DNA from: a virus
Lineage: Duplodnaviria; Caudoviricetes
DNA length: 43,650 bases
Strand: one strand, 5' to 3'
IMG/VR virus record: IMGVR_UViG_3300048857_000042
Coordinates: 1-43,650 of that record
Shown here: positions 43,009 to 43,650 of the stretch, piece by piece
How the letters are laid out: each line of letters opens with the position of its first letter
Numbering within the stretch: position 1 is the first letter of the stretch
Position numbers and translations under genes: made by a program
Notes under the pieces: generated by a model
The model's input: only the letters and a program-made list of their open reading frames with translations
What the model was told of the DNA's origin: nothing
Database searches by the model: none

Positions 43009-43650
43009 CTATTTACGACTGATGATTGGTTCGAATTCCGCCGGCGGCGTATCCTCACCCCCTATGCCCATCAGCTTCGTCCATTCACCTTCACGGACGA
43101 TGAAGATTCTCTCTGCGAATGCTTCAAAATTACGCCCTGCGATTCCGGTGGGGCGCGAAAGCTCGGCCCGCACGTCCTCTCCATCAACTGATACACAGAA
43201 GAACCAGGTGCCGAACTTCAGATCTGACAGCGCATCTTGTGTGAGCGATACAAGCTCAGTGTCTGGGAACAGGGTGCCCTGACCAGCGCTGATCAAGCGA
43301 TCGGCTCCGGAGCCCTTGCCGGAAACTGCCTGAGGCGTATGGAAGAGGTTAGATGCTTGATCAACGCTCTGGTAGACGACGAGGAGGTTCCGATCGGGGT
43401 GTCTGACCGACTCGACGTTGTCCTCGCGGAATGACATCCAGCCTTTAGAGCGAAAGACCTGACGAAGGCGGCGGGTGCCATAGATGTAGGCAAACAGTCC
43501 CTCGGCAGAGAGAGGGTCATCCTCTACGGCGTCGGCACGTGCAGCAACCACGGTACGAACCACCTCGACGAGCTCCTCACGTGAGACACCGAAATCCTGC
43601 AGACGAGCATCAACTTCCCACTCTTCCCGATAAACCTTAGCCTGAGCCAT
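43009..43650 (-). CDS. partner of the ImmA/IrrE gene; RosmerTA toxin-like
   Basis: 213 aa ORF 2 nt upstream of the peptidase gene; AYIYGTRRLR...GW...NVE...KGSG...QGTLF...WFFCV...RAELSRP pattern as recalled for such pairs. Confidence 0.6.
   Translation of the reverse strand: MAQAKVYREEWEVDARLQDFGVSREELVEVVRTVVAARADAVEDDPLSAEGLFAYIYGTRRLRQVFRSKGWMSFREDNVESVRHPDRNLLVVYQSVDQASNLFHTPQAVSGKGSGADRLISAGQGTLFPDTELVSLTQDALSDLKFGTWFFCVSVDGEDVRAELSRPTGIAGRNFEAFAERIFIVREGEWTKLMGIGGEDTPPAEFEPIISRK

Larger units (their letters stand above)
3514..43650. mobile_element. P22-like (podoviral morphogenesis) temperate prophage integrated at tRNA-Pro; right att not in window
   Basis: Ordered integration, immunity, replication, packaging, head, ejection, tail and lysis modules with no obvious disruptions; a second att copy or intact tRNA-Pro was not seen, so the right boundary is unresolved. 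Confidence 0.9.

Overview
Most of this window (from about 3514 to beyond the right edge) is an apparently intact temperate prophage in a GC-rich alphaproteobacterial chromosome; the regulatory motifs and gene content suggest Methylobacteriaceae (Microvirga-like), which is an inference. The prophage is bounded on the left by the 3' half of a tRNA-Pro(CGG), the att core. In order it carries integrase/excisionase, a leftward early operon with RecT, a lambda-like cI/cro switch with five CGGTAANNTNACCG operators, and a rightward early/replication operon (GapR-like, RusA, MT-A70 methylase, DnaB-like helicase, initiator with iterons). These are followed by a P22-like podoviral morphogenesis module (terminases, portal, scaffold, coat, adaptor/hub, ejection proteins, tail fibre), a GH19 lysis cassette and several accessory genes: a Gp49/66 Acb4-like sponge, a Cre-like second recombinase, an FkbM-like methyltransferase, a small membrane protein, HEPN-like proteins and a RosmerTA-like pair. 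The left 3.5 kb is host-like (NepR-like protein, LuxR regulator, suhB/MmgR-type sRNA, LexA-box gene). The most striking unexplained element is about 400 nt of non-coding DNA between portal and scaffold. It has its own near-consensus minus-strand sigma70 promoter and three repeats of a conserved, G-U-supported long hairpin, alternating with a second hairpin type, and looks like a structured, modular ncRNA array with variable loops. All family calls come from motif recognition by eye; no searches were run.
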